Assembly (NCBI GenBank): GCA_964016885.1
Contig: OZ024741.1
Coordinates: forward strand, 278,194,001 to 278,258,000
Length of the DNA stretch: 64,000 nucleotides
From: Eledone cirrhosa
Lineage: Eukaryota
Direction of reading: 5' to 3'
Positions 25,776-37,177 of this stretch are shown in pieces. The position numbers and the translations under genes are program-made. The notes beneath the pieces were generated by a model. The model had not been told where the DNA came from. It ran no database searches and was given only the letters and a program-made list of their open reading frames with translations. Position 1 is the first letter of the stretch; every line of letters starts with the position of its first letter.

Positions 25776-26316
25776 GTAAATAGAAATTGTATTCATCATC
25801 ATCATTGTTTAACGTCCATTTTTCCATGCTAGCATGGGTTAGACTAGTTGTTCTGTTGTGAGAGAAGTTAGATCAGGTGACCGGGTCTTGCTCATACAGA
25901 ACTGTTTCTGGCTTGGTTTCTATGGATGGATGCTTTTCCTAACTCCAACCACATATATTATTTTATTCTTTTACTGGTTTCATTCATTAGATTGTGACCA
26001 TGCTGGGGCACCACATTTAAGGGATATTTAAATTAATTTTAATGACCCCAGTACTTATTTAAAAAAAAAACGGTGCTTATTTTATCAATTTAGGAGACAA
26101 AGAAATAGTAAAAGAAAACACGCACACATACATATACACACACGTGTGCACAGACATGCACATACACATACATACACACACGTACACACACATACATACA
26201 TACATACATCACACACACACACACACACACATATATGAAAATCTTTTACTTGTTTTTTTTTCTAGAATATGTTACTTTGAAAATACAAATGTTTTATTTC
26301 TATTCTTTTATTTCAG

Positions 26317-26445
26317 AACCCTAAAATTCTGGACATAACCAGCAATAAAACTCAAGTTATGCAGCTTTTAAATAAATTTCTTGCATCAATGACCAAAATA
26401 ATGAAAGATTCTCAAACTTTTCAAGAATACCAAAAAGAATTCAAG
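26317..26445 (+). CDS. DNAH6: DNAH6-like exon (NPKILDITSNKTQV...FQEYQKEFK)
   Basis: tttcag acceptor and gtatta donor; 129 nt, open, phase 0/0. Confidence 0.88.
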
Positions 26446-26539
26446 GTATTAAAACCAAAATATAAAAATTATTCTATTTTATATTTATTAATACAACAAT
26501 AGGTTTATCCCATTTAATTTCTTTAAGATAATCTCTGTC

Positions 26540-27965
26540 TAGCTCAGAGTGGGAGTCAAGTATGGATGCGAGGCGGCAGCTCATGCAGCCAGACACTTTA
26601 TAGAGCACACACCTCCTTCATCACCCCACATCCTTGTGAAACTGGACATGAGAAATGATTTCAACCGTGTTAGGTAGGATCACATCTTAGAAATGTGTCT
26701 TAGACGAACCCCCTCAGTTTACCCTCTTGCTCACCTCTTGTACAGTAGACTCAGCACACTCATGACCGCTGATAACAAGGTTACTTCTGCTATAGGTGTC
26801 CAGCAAAGAGATCCACTCAGCCCGCTCCTCTTTGTGCTGGCAGTTGATGACATTGCCTGTGCACTCTTCAACACCTGTTACCTGAATGACGTGATCTTGG
26901 GTGGCTTGGCTGAGATGGTAGTTAACAACCTTCGGCTAATTATCCCAGCTCTAAAGCTCTTCAGACTTGAGATCAACCCATCCAAGTCCAAGGTGATAAA
27001 CCTTATCTACGAAGAGGCCGAATTCCACAATTCTGTACTCAGCATCCATCCTGTCATGTCCAGGGCTCGTCTTATGCCAAAAGATGCTTCTTGGCTCTTC
27101 AATTTTCTCAAAAGCCATACAAAAGTATGTGGAGACCAAGCAGGCAGACCTGTCAAGAATGGTGGAGAGGCTGCATCTCATTGACATGCACCTGGCATTC
27201 TTCTTCTTGAGGAACTGATTTACCCTTCCCAAATTCTTGTTCATGCTGCGCAGCGCACCATGTCACCCTCATGCAGATCACCTTGGTAAACTCAATGCAA
27301 CCATATGCCACTGTGCAGATCTCATCTACAATGTTAGTTTCAGCACCGCCGGCTGGTAACAGGCAAAGCTTCAAGTGATGTTCAGAGGCCTCGGCCTCCA
27401 ATTCGCTTTGGATCTGGCACTGCCTGCCTACCTCTCTTCATTCTCCTCCACTCACACCTTTGTCAGCAAGGTCTTCAGCAAGATGATGGAACCTGATGTG
27501 GCCCTAGAACTGGAGCAGGCTCTGGCTAACTGGACAAGTGAATGCCTCTCTGTTCCCCAGTATACAAATTTCCAACATAACTGGGATGATATAAAGTGCA
27601 GATTTTCCTTCAGGCGAATTGAGTCTGGCTTGGACCTGCCTCCGATCTGCTTTGCAGTCAAACAGCAGTGCATGATTCAATTTAGTGCCCTCCTCATCAA
27701 CTGGTACCCTTCTTGATGATGATTGCACTTTCATTGGAGTGGCCCAATGCCTTGGCCGCCATGTGTGTGTTACACAAATGCCGTTGTGGGGCTGTTGTTG
27801 ATGAGTTTGGCCTGCACTTAGTGTCTTGCAACCAGAACGCAGGCCGGGTCCTCTGACATGTTACTCTCAATGACATATTGAGAAGGAGTCTGGATGCAGC
27901 CAGCTTCCCATCACAACTGTAGCTAGCAGGCCTTGTCTGCGAAGATGGCAAGCATCCTGACCTCC
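26540..27965 (+). mobile_element. Decayed CRE-clade non-LTR retrotransposon (RT plus RLE)
   Basis: KLDMRNDFN, GVQQRDPLSPLLF, YLND (YLDD-type), CRCG...H..SC and DGKHPD motifs across frameshifts. Confidence 0.7.
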
Positions 27966-28333
27966 ATGGTTTGTTATATAATTTTCCTGTGTTAGTATGG
28001 GTTCTGCTGATATCCATATTAACATAACGGAAATAAAAAAACCAAACAAAAATAAGACCAAACCCAAATCCACAACAGCCCTGGGAGTCTTATTTATCCA
28101 GTAATATAATCAGATTTTGTTATTTTCAAAGAATATAATTCTGTCAATTCATCAGCATTTGAAAGTGTGAGTTCTAGATAATACAGGTTTGCTTAGTTAT
28201 TTGAGGCAATTTGCATGAATTAAGTAAAAGATGCATAATTCATGAAAGCAGAGCATTTTTATTTGAGAAAAAAATTGTCATTTGAAATCATCTTTTTTTT
28301 TTCTATATTGAGTTCTACATAATAATGTTTCAG

Positions 28334-28447
28334 ATTGAAGTGACAGACTTTGATGACCTTGATGAACTCTTACAAGAATTACAGATGAAGAAGAAACTGT
28401 GGACCGCAATGGAAGATTGGGACACTTTAAATGCAAATGCCTTGGTT
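28334..28447 (+). CDS. DNAH6: DNAH6-like exon (IEVTDFDDLDELLQELQMKKKLWTAMEDWDTLNANALV)
   Basis: tttcag acceptor and gtaagt donor; 114 nt; typical start of the DHC_N2 region (L...K.LW...W). Confidence 0.9.
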
Positions 28448-28880
28448 GTAAGTTTAACCTTTTCACTGCTATATTTCATATGAGTGAGAGCATGTGGTTT
28501 AGTGGTTAGAGAATCGGATTCACAATCGTGAGGTTGTGAGTTCAATTCCCTGGGCGGGTGATGCGTTGTGTCCTTCAGCAAGACACTTTATTTCACGTTG
28601 CTCCTTTTGCCAGGAGTTGTGACTGGGAAATAGTATCAGCAATTGGAATGACCAATGGAAATATTGTTTCCATCTCACTTGATAAGTGGATGAGGTATGG
28701 GATCTTGTCATTTGTTTTTGGAAAACCAGAAATATTTCTAATGAAAGACACTGCTTATCATTTTCTTATCATTTAGAAAATAATGACATATTTGAAGGGA
28801 TTTAGTAATATAATCAACTTTCTCATTATTAAACTGAGCATAGCTTAAGAAAGATTTTTATGTAAAGTTATGGATGAAGG

Positions 28881-30882
28881 TTTAGAAGAGGTTGTTTAGT
28901 AGATGTTTGTGTTGAGAATGTGTGTATTTGTGTATTGTATCACGGAAGTCACCATTGAAGATGTTAAAAGCAATGTTGTGGAAAATAGCATCTTACAGCT
29001 TTATAATTGTTTATATATAATTTATTTACAGTTTACAAAGGTTAGAAGAATGTCTCTTGAGAGGATAGTTAATGTTATCAATAAAAAGGTTATAAAGGTT
29101 TAAATGGATGCCAAGAGAAATTATTAATTAAGAGTTTAAGAAGGTATGGTCAACTGGTGGAAATGCTGACAGGTCCAGTTCCATTTGTTGCTTTCCCAGT
29201 GAGTCGGATAAAGCAACAAGATTGAGGTTGTTATGCTACAGAATGATGAGTGTGCAACGAGATGCGAAGCTGTTTGAATCCAGCTGCAATTAGTAATTCT
29301 CATGTTGCGGTGCCTGTTTGAGTCCAGGTGAATTAAGCTGCATGTGTCGATAGCATGTTTTGGTACCTCCACCAGGTGAAAAGTGATCTCGCAGAATATT
29401 ACGACATCTGAAGATCATATACTATAGACAACAACATGTTGGTGTGTGACAAAGATGTGTGTGGATATGCAGGCATGTAATACAGCAAAGAAAATGTGTG
29501 CATGCAGTCATATATACAATGATAGAAAAAAAAAATGAATGTTCATATACATTTTAAAAGAAATAAATGTTCGAACAATGCCTGTAAAAAAAAGAAATAA
29601 TTGTTTTTTAACAAAAAGTTCACTTTTTTCTTTTCCTTGAAATTTCTTTGGGATAAGAATGTTACTAGGAAGCTAGTAGAATTGTTGTTGTTGTTGCTAC
29701 TATTGAAGCGAAGTCACAGTAAATCTTTAGTAGAAGTCGAGCGTTGAAGAGCTTAGAGTCACCAATATGCAAGTCATGTCTGATGCCATAGTGTGATGAG
29801 AAAGGCTGTGAGTTCGATTCATGTCGGACGTTAGAAACATCGATGAATCATGAAGTTTTGTACAGCAGTCAAGATTTGCAAGCGTTGAATTCACCATTAT
29901 GTGGTGAGAAGGCTGTTGTTTTAATTCTCGTGTCACCGTTTGTAGCGAGACAGTGAGAAGTTGTAGCGGTTATAATGACAGAGACGATAGAATAGGTGAA
30001 GCATAGAAGTAAACAATATGAGGTGTGGTGGTTTGCGTCGGTAAGGCTATAAAGCTGCCACATAGTTATTCCGTTGTTTATGGTTAGTGGTTAACCAATG
30101 TTGTCGCTGCTGCTGTTGATATTGCAGGAAGCCGTATTGAAAGAAAAATGTTTTCGTGCTATAATTTTTAAAATACAGCTAATTTTTTTCTTTTCAAAGA
30201 ATGTTGTCTTAGGTGGGTTCATGGAAGTTAAACCGCGTGTTGTGTTGTTATCAACAAGAAATGTTTTACATGGTCTTGATACAATGCAATACAAGAAAGC
30301 TTGCGTGTTGTTCTTTTTAAAAAAACTACTATTTTTCTTCAAAAGAAATATTTAGTTCCCACGGCTGGGTCACCAATTTAGAAGAAGTTATTTAGTATAT
30401 AATTGTGTTGAGAATGTGTGTATTTGTGTATTGTATCACGGAAGCAATGTTGTGGAAAATAGCATCTTACAGCTTTATAATTGTTTATATATAATTTATT
30501 TACAGATTACAAAGGTTAGAAGAATGTCTCTTGAGAGGATAGTTAATGTTATCAATAAAAAGGTTATCAAGGTTTAAATGGCATGCCAAGAGAAATTATT
30601 AATTAAGAGTTTAAGGAGGTACGGTCAACTGGCTAAGGCATTAGCCAGACCCGTAGTGATATCTGTTGCTACATATTGTCTATGCTTGAAGAAAAGAAAG
30701 CAAGAGATGTTTACCTTCACGGTGTTGAGCTGCAAGAGATAGAGAGTTTCGAATCGCCGCGGGAATCACCCCTCTGGGTGGAAGTCAAGATACATTCTCC
30801 TACGCTGGTAGCGATTGGCTGAACTGAGCCAAACAACGTACAGAGAATGTATCCATGAGCCCTCAGAATGTAGCTCACTACA
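28881..30882 (-). mobile_element. Internally deleted LTR retroelement (complete 5' LTR 30376-30882, PBS, partial 3' LTR 28881-29158)
   Basis: ~270-bp direct repeat; minus strand starts TGTAGTG; TGGTGACCC PBS at 30375-30367; AAGG(T) duplicated at 28877 and 30883. Confidence 0.65.
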
Positions 30883-31836
30883 AAGGTTTTTAGATAGATA
30901 TAATCCTCCAGTCCATTCTGTAAAGTGGTAATGCTGGTGCCACAATGAAAAGCACCCAGTCACCACTGTAAGACAGTAATTATAGTGTCACAATAAAAGC
31001 TTCCAGTCTACCCAGTCCCAATGTTGGATTCATGATAAAATATTTCCAGTACATGCTGTAAAGTGGTTGGGGTTAGGAATCTTACCACAGAAAATATTCC
31101 CCCAGACGTGTTGTAAGTTGGTTGGAATTAGGAAGAGCATCCATCTATAGAAACCAAGCCCCCAAAAACGAAGCATGTGAGCAAAACATGATGTGACAAT
31201 CTGTCTAACCCATGCAAGCATGGAAAAATAGCCATTTGACATTTATTATATTATGGTATGGACACGTACCCCCTGAAGGAGTTGTAGCTGTGCCATATTG
31301 TCAAACAGCATTTGTTAGGACATTTTAGAACCTAGCGAATCCCACCACCTCTCCAGGCACGAGTACACCAGATTTTTTCCAGAAAAGAATAGAGAGTGGG
31401 AAAGAGATATAGAGGAAGAATTGAACCCAGTACTAGACTGGTACTTTTTTTAATCGACCTTGAATAGATGAAAGGCAAAGATGACCTTGGTGAAATTTGA
31501 ATTCAGCGGAGAGCCAGAATGAATACTGCAAAGCATTCTAATGACTGCAAATTTACCAAATGATAATCACATTAAAATAAGTAGCTTAGTGTAATAAAAT
31601 CGGGGCCGGTTTTTGGTTTGAAAAGAGTTGAAGCAGATATATGAATTGCTTTATTTGATTGTATTTGGCTAAAAACAATTTTTCAATACTTAAAAAAGTG
31701 AGATTGTTCAACTGCTACTTTATAGTTGTATTTTGCTTTGACCTTTTGTTGAAAACTTTTGTATAAATGTATATTTGTATGTTGCTGTCCTTAGGTTTCC
31801 CTCGTGCCTTGCTGTGGGTTCATCCGGGATCCTGGA

Positions 31837-31867
<31 letters not shown>

Positions 31868-31900
31868 TGGAAAATGTGTGTAATCCTTGGTATAGTTAGG

Positions 31901-32186
31901 TATATTAAGACAGGGGGGGAAGAAAAAATGGCTTCACTTGTGCTTTCAACAAATTTATTTTCTTCACAAAATCCCAAAAGAATTTTTTTCCGGATTAGAA
32001 AAAAATTTTTTTCTTAAAAAAAATTATTTTATAAATTAAGTTGTTGGTTTTAATTTATACAATAATTTTTTTTAAGAAAACAAATTTTTTTCTAATCCGG
32101 AAAATAATTCTTTTTGGATTTTGTGAAGAAAATAAATTTGTTGAAAGCACAAGTGAAGCCATTTTTTCTTCCCCCTGTCTTAATAT
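31901..32186. repeat. ~285-bp foldback (arms ~140 bp, 10-nt loop); MITE or inverted pLTR
   Basis: TATTAAGACAGGGGG...AAATTAA-gttgttggtt-TTAATTT...CCCCCTGTCTTAATA; TA flanks. Confidence 0.8.
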
Positions 32187-32332
32187 ATATATATATATAC
32201 ATATATATAAATATATATGTATATATATATATATGTATATATATGTATATAAATATATATATATGTATATATATGTATAATATATATATATATGTATATA
32301 TATATGTATATATAAATATATATATATATATG

Positions 32333-32363
<31 letters not shown>

Positions 32364-33370
32364 GTCAGGTCACCAGTTGGTGCTACTGGTAACATGTATC
32401 CCAGTACAACCTGTCTCATGGTCGGGTCGTTGGCGACTAAACTGGCAACCCCACCAAGGTTTCTTGGTGAGGAGGGTGACTTTGGACATCCTGCAGGACT
32501 AAAAACAAAACCTGTCAAAGGGCAAGGGAGCTCTTAAGAGTCAATAGCCATCCAAAATCACTGGGAGAGATGACCCCTTAGCCTTTGTCAAGGCAGAATT
32601 CTAGGAGAAGGAAAACTCTGATATAACACCTGCAACCCTGATGGTATCCAATGATGTTGACTTGTTCTTCTTTTTGGTAAATATCATCTTGGTTAAGAGA
32701 GTGGGACTGGCTTTGTGCAGTGCCTTTGTATGTCAGGTCACCAGTTGGTGCTACTGGTAACATGTATCCCAGTACAACCTGTCTCATGGTCGGGTCGTTG
32801 GCGACTAAACTGGCAACCCCACCAAGGTTTCTTGGTGAGGAGGGTGACTTTGGACATCCTGCAGGACTAAAAACAAAACCTGTCAAAGGGCAAAGGAGCT
32901 CTTAAGAGTCAATGGCCATCCAAAATCACCGGGAGAGATGACCCCTTTAGCCTTAGTCAAGGCAGAATTCTAGGAGAAGGAAAACTCTGATATAACACCT
33001 GCAACCCTGATGGTATCCAATGATGTTGACTTGTTCTTCTTTTTGGTAAATATCATCTTGGTTAAGAGAGTGGGACTGGCTTTGTGCAGTGCCTTTGCTC
33101 ACTATAAAAGCTTCACGGCACAGGCATTGCTTTATATCTGGAGATCTCTCTGCACTTGTCCTCACATGGGCCCAGCACTATGTGTCAATGATTGTCCTAC
33201 CATGGGCCTAGCACTATGTGTCAATGATTGTCACAGGTGTAGTGTTTGTACCAGAGGTTTCAAGTCGCTGGCTGGACTAAAAAGTCACACTCGTTCAGCG
33301 CTTCGGTAGGGGTTATCCTACATGGATGTAAAGTAGTGGCCGTACTCGAAAACGAGTTGGCAGCCACCAT
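32364..33370 (+). mobile_element. Bipartite non-autonomous RTE derivative with tandemly duplicated 368-bp 5' part and C2H2-encoding 3' end
   Basis: Units start at 32364 and 32732; CTAGGAGAAGGAAAACTCTGA RTE-5'UTR-like motif; CSVCTRGFKSLAGLKSHTR finger; (TA)n flanks. Confidence 0.6.
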
Positions 33371-33698
33371 ATATATGTATATCTGTGTATATATATATGT
33401 ATATGTATGTATATCTGTGTATATATGTATGTATATGTATGTATATGTGTGTGTATATGTATGTATATATGTGTATATGTGTGTATATATATATGTATAT
33501 GTGTGTATATGTGTGTGTATATGTATGTATGTGTGTGTATATGTATATATATGTATATGTGTGTATATATGTATGTATATGTGTGTATATGTATATGTAT
33601 ATGTATGTATATGTGTGTATATATATATGTATATGTGTGTATGTGTATATATATATGTATATGTATGTATATGTGTGTATGTATATATGTATATATAT

Positions 33699-34043
33699 GG
33701 AGGCACATGGCTTAGTGGTTAGAGCATTGGCCTTGCAATCAAAAGGTTGTGAGTTCAATTCTCAGACCGGGTGATGTGTTGTTTCCTTGAGCAAGGCACT
33801 TTATTTCACATTGCTCCAGTTTACTCAGCTGTAGAAATGAGATGATAGGGACTGGGGTCCCTATCATTCCACTGTAAAGTGGTCGTGGAGGTGCCACGGC
33901 AAAAAAGCACCCAGCACTCACTGTAAATGAGGTTGGTGTTAGGAAGGGCATCCAGCTGTAGAAATCAAGCCAGAATCAGTTCCCGTCCCACCCTTGCAAG
34001 CAGGGAAAAGTGGACGTAAAATGAGATGATGATGATGATGATG
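33699..34043 (+). mobile_element. tRNA/CORE SINE family 1, full length
   Basis: A box TGGCTTAGTGG, B box GTTCAATTC, CORE-like CCTTGAGCAAG.CACTT, RTE-derived body and tail, (GAT)n end. Confidence 0.9.
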
Positions 34044-34077
34044 AGATATGTATATATAAATATATGTATATGTATAT

Positions 34078-34121
<44 letters not shown>

Positions 34122-34219
34122 GTATATGTATATATAAATATATATATATATATAACTTTGAATAACTTTGAATAACTTTGAAATGTTATATATATATATA
34201 TATATTCCCCCCTGTCTTA

Positions 34220-34253
<34 letters not shown>

Positions 34254-34577
34254 GTATATATATGTATATAAATATATATATATGTATATATATGTATAAT
34301 ATATATATATATGTATATATATATGTATATATAAATATATATATATATATGTATATATAAATATATATATATATATATATGTATATATAAATATATGTAT
34401 ATGTATATATAAATATATATATATATATAACTTTGAATAACTTTGAAATGTTTTGGCCAGTATTGGCCCAGGCCATGTCTAACTTAATAGCACCACCTAT
34501 TATATATATATGTATATATAAATATATATATATGTATATATAAATATATGTATATATATATATATATATGTATATGT

Positions 34578-36147
34578 ATCATCATCATCATCATCACCGT
34601 TTTACGTCCGTTCTTCCACGCTAGCATGGGTTAGACGGGTTGTCCTGTTGTGGGCAGTGTCTGGTCGGCTGACCATGCCTTGCTCATACAGGAACTGATT
34701 TGGCTTGATTTCTACAGCTGGATGCCCTTCCTAACACCAACCTCATTTACAGTGAGTGCTGGGTGCTTTTTCGTGGCACCTACACGTCCACTTTACAGTG
34801 TGGGCTGGGTGCTTTATTGCCGTGGCACCTCCACGACCACCTTGCGGTGGGGGGTGTGGGGGCATATTGTCTATATGCTTCAGCTTGTACCCATGGGAGG
34901 TCGGGTACACTGTATTACTGCGTGACGCCAGAAGTCACGGTCGTGTGTCATTGTCTTTGAGAGGTGTAATTGGGTAAGGTCGGCTTTTATCACCTCATCC
35001 CAGGTCATCTGGGGTCTCCCTACTCCGCGGTTTCCATCAATTTCTAGTGCTCTGCACCTTTTTATGCAGCTGTCATCCTTCATACGCATCACATGTCCAT
35101 ACCAGCTCAACCGCCTCTCCTGCACACAGCATTTGATTCCTCTTATGCTCAGTCTCTCTCTCAATTCATTTATTCTTTGTCGTTCACATATATTATTGTT
35201 ACACATCCATCGGAGCATGCAGGCTTCGTTTCTCTCTAATCTACGTAAGTCTTCCACCTTCAGCGCCCAGGTCTCGCTACCATGCAACATCGCTGTTCGG
35301 ATACACGCATCATACAGTCTGCCTTTCATTCTGAGGGAGAAGCCTTTTGCAGCTAGCAGTGGTAGTAGTTCCCTAAACTTCTTCCATCCCGTTCTTACCC
35401 TAGTTATTGCACTTTCTGAACACCCACCTCCGTTGCTAATTCGGTCACCTAGGTAGCAGAAGCTGTCTACTGTTTCTACAGAGCCCTCCCAGAGATTGGT
35501 GGTACTTGTTTCCTGTGGCTGTTTGCTGTTTGCTGTCTCAGCACAGCTGCTGCACGTGAATCCTACATTCTTAATTAAGCTTCCTGAGATCCCGCTACAT
35601 CTCTTGTGTACCCATTGTTTGCATTTGGGGCAGAGAATGGAGTTCCTACCTACACCTTTCCTACATACTGAGCAAGGCCATTTCCCTGAGGGAATCTGGG
35701 TTCTGTTTTCTCGTCTACTTACAAGGACCTTAGTCTTTGTCATGTTGACTTTGAGACCCTTTCTTTCTAGTCCCTGCTTCCAGGTTTGGAATTTATTCTC
35801 TAGTTCTACCATAGATTCAGCTATGAGTGCAAGGTCATCAGCATACAGGAGTTCCCATGGGCATCCGGTCTTAAACTCCTCCGTTATTGCCTGCAGGACT
35901 ATGATGAACAGGAGAGGGCTAAGAACAGAGCCCTGGTGGACCCCAACCTGTACGCTAAATTCCTCGCTATTCTCATTGCTAATCCTAACTTTGCTGACTG
36001 CTCCCCTATACATGGCTTGTACCGCTTTCACAAGCCATTCATCTACTCCTAGTTTTCTAAGAGCCCACCAGATTACAGCACGTGGAACTCTGTCAAAGGC
36101 TTTCTCAAGGTCGACAAATGCCAAGTAGAGTGGCTTACTTTTAGTTA
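34578..36147 (-). mobile_element. RTE family B, 5'-truncated, open to the stop (…TRPPMGTS*)
   Basis: RT YADD and PHD-like finger; (TA)n at both junctions. Confidence 0.95.
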
Positions 36148-36276
36148 GTATATATATATGTATATATATATGTATATATATATGTATATATATATGTATA
36201 TATAAATATATGTATATGTATATATATATGTATATGTATATATATATGTATATATATATATATGTATATGCATATA

Positions 36277-36325
<49 letters not shown>

Positions 36326-36533
36326 CGAAGGAAATGTGGTAAGGAACCAGGTGGACCATAACACACCAAAGTACTCAATACTTAGGGTAGTAGAGTGGGT
36401 AATAGGAACGAGTAGAACCCCGACGGCTGAGTTCAAGCCATTTCGATGGCTAATTCTGGACTAATTCCGGCTAATTTAGTCCAGAATTAGCCGTCGAAAC
36501 GGCTTGAGCTCAGCCGTCGGGGTCCTACTCGAT

Positions 36534-36582
<49 letters not shown>

Positions 36583-36587
36583 GTATT

Positions 36588-36960
36588 ACCCCTACCCTAT
36601 CCTCCTACTCCCACCAACACCACCCTCTCTCTGTAAAGTTGGTACCACAACATCCAGTCCAAATAAATAAATGAGATAATGAGATTGAGATCGTGTAGCT
36701 GTCACAACAAAAAAAACAACAAAAAAAAAACACTCAGTCCACGCTGTAATGTGGCTATGTAGGTAACACGGTAAAAAGTTCCCAGTTCCACACTGTAAAT
36801 CTGGTTGGTGTTAGGAAGGGCATCCAGCCATAGAAAACCTGCCAGATAGTCCTATACGAGTGAGACACGGTCACCCGACCAACCTTGCCTCAAGTGGCAC
36901 AATTCCCGTCTAACCCATGCTAGCGTGGAAGATGGACAGTAAACGATGATGATGATGATG
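36588..36960 (+). mobile_element. RTE family A-related 3'UTR fragment
   Basis: UTR modules plus (GAT)n tail; (TA)n flanks. Confidence 0.8.
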
Positions 36961-36997
36961 ATATATATATATGCATATAAGTTTTAATATAGAAGAG

Positions 36998-37045
36998 GTT
37001 CTACAGGACTAGAACTGTTTCATTCGTGAGAAATCATCAGGAAGC
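36998..37045 (-). ncRNA. Type I hammerhead motif (PLE pLTR remnant); degenerate second copy at 48454-48502 (+)
   Basis: GCTTC-CTGATGA-TTTC-TCAC-GAAT-GAAA-CAG-ttctagtc-CTG-TA-GAA(GC). Confidence 0.7.
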
Positions 37046-37068
37046 TGACTGTCCAAATATATATATAC

Positions 37069-37102
<34 letters not shown>

Positions 37103-37177
37103 GTATGTATATGTATATATATATATATGTGTGTGTGCGCGAGTTTGTTTTTGTGTCTGTATATATATATATATATA

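Noticed and set aside
33699-33775. tRNA gene
   Set aside because: A and B boxes are present, but it continues into a CORE-like body and RTE tail in several copies, so it is a SINE head
34880-36436. 518-aa ORF as a novel RT fusion protein
   Set aside because: The N-terminus is chance read-through of a pLTR remnant and (TA)n into a 5'-truncated RTE; the same applies to 37101, 49767 and 55294
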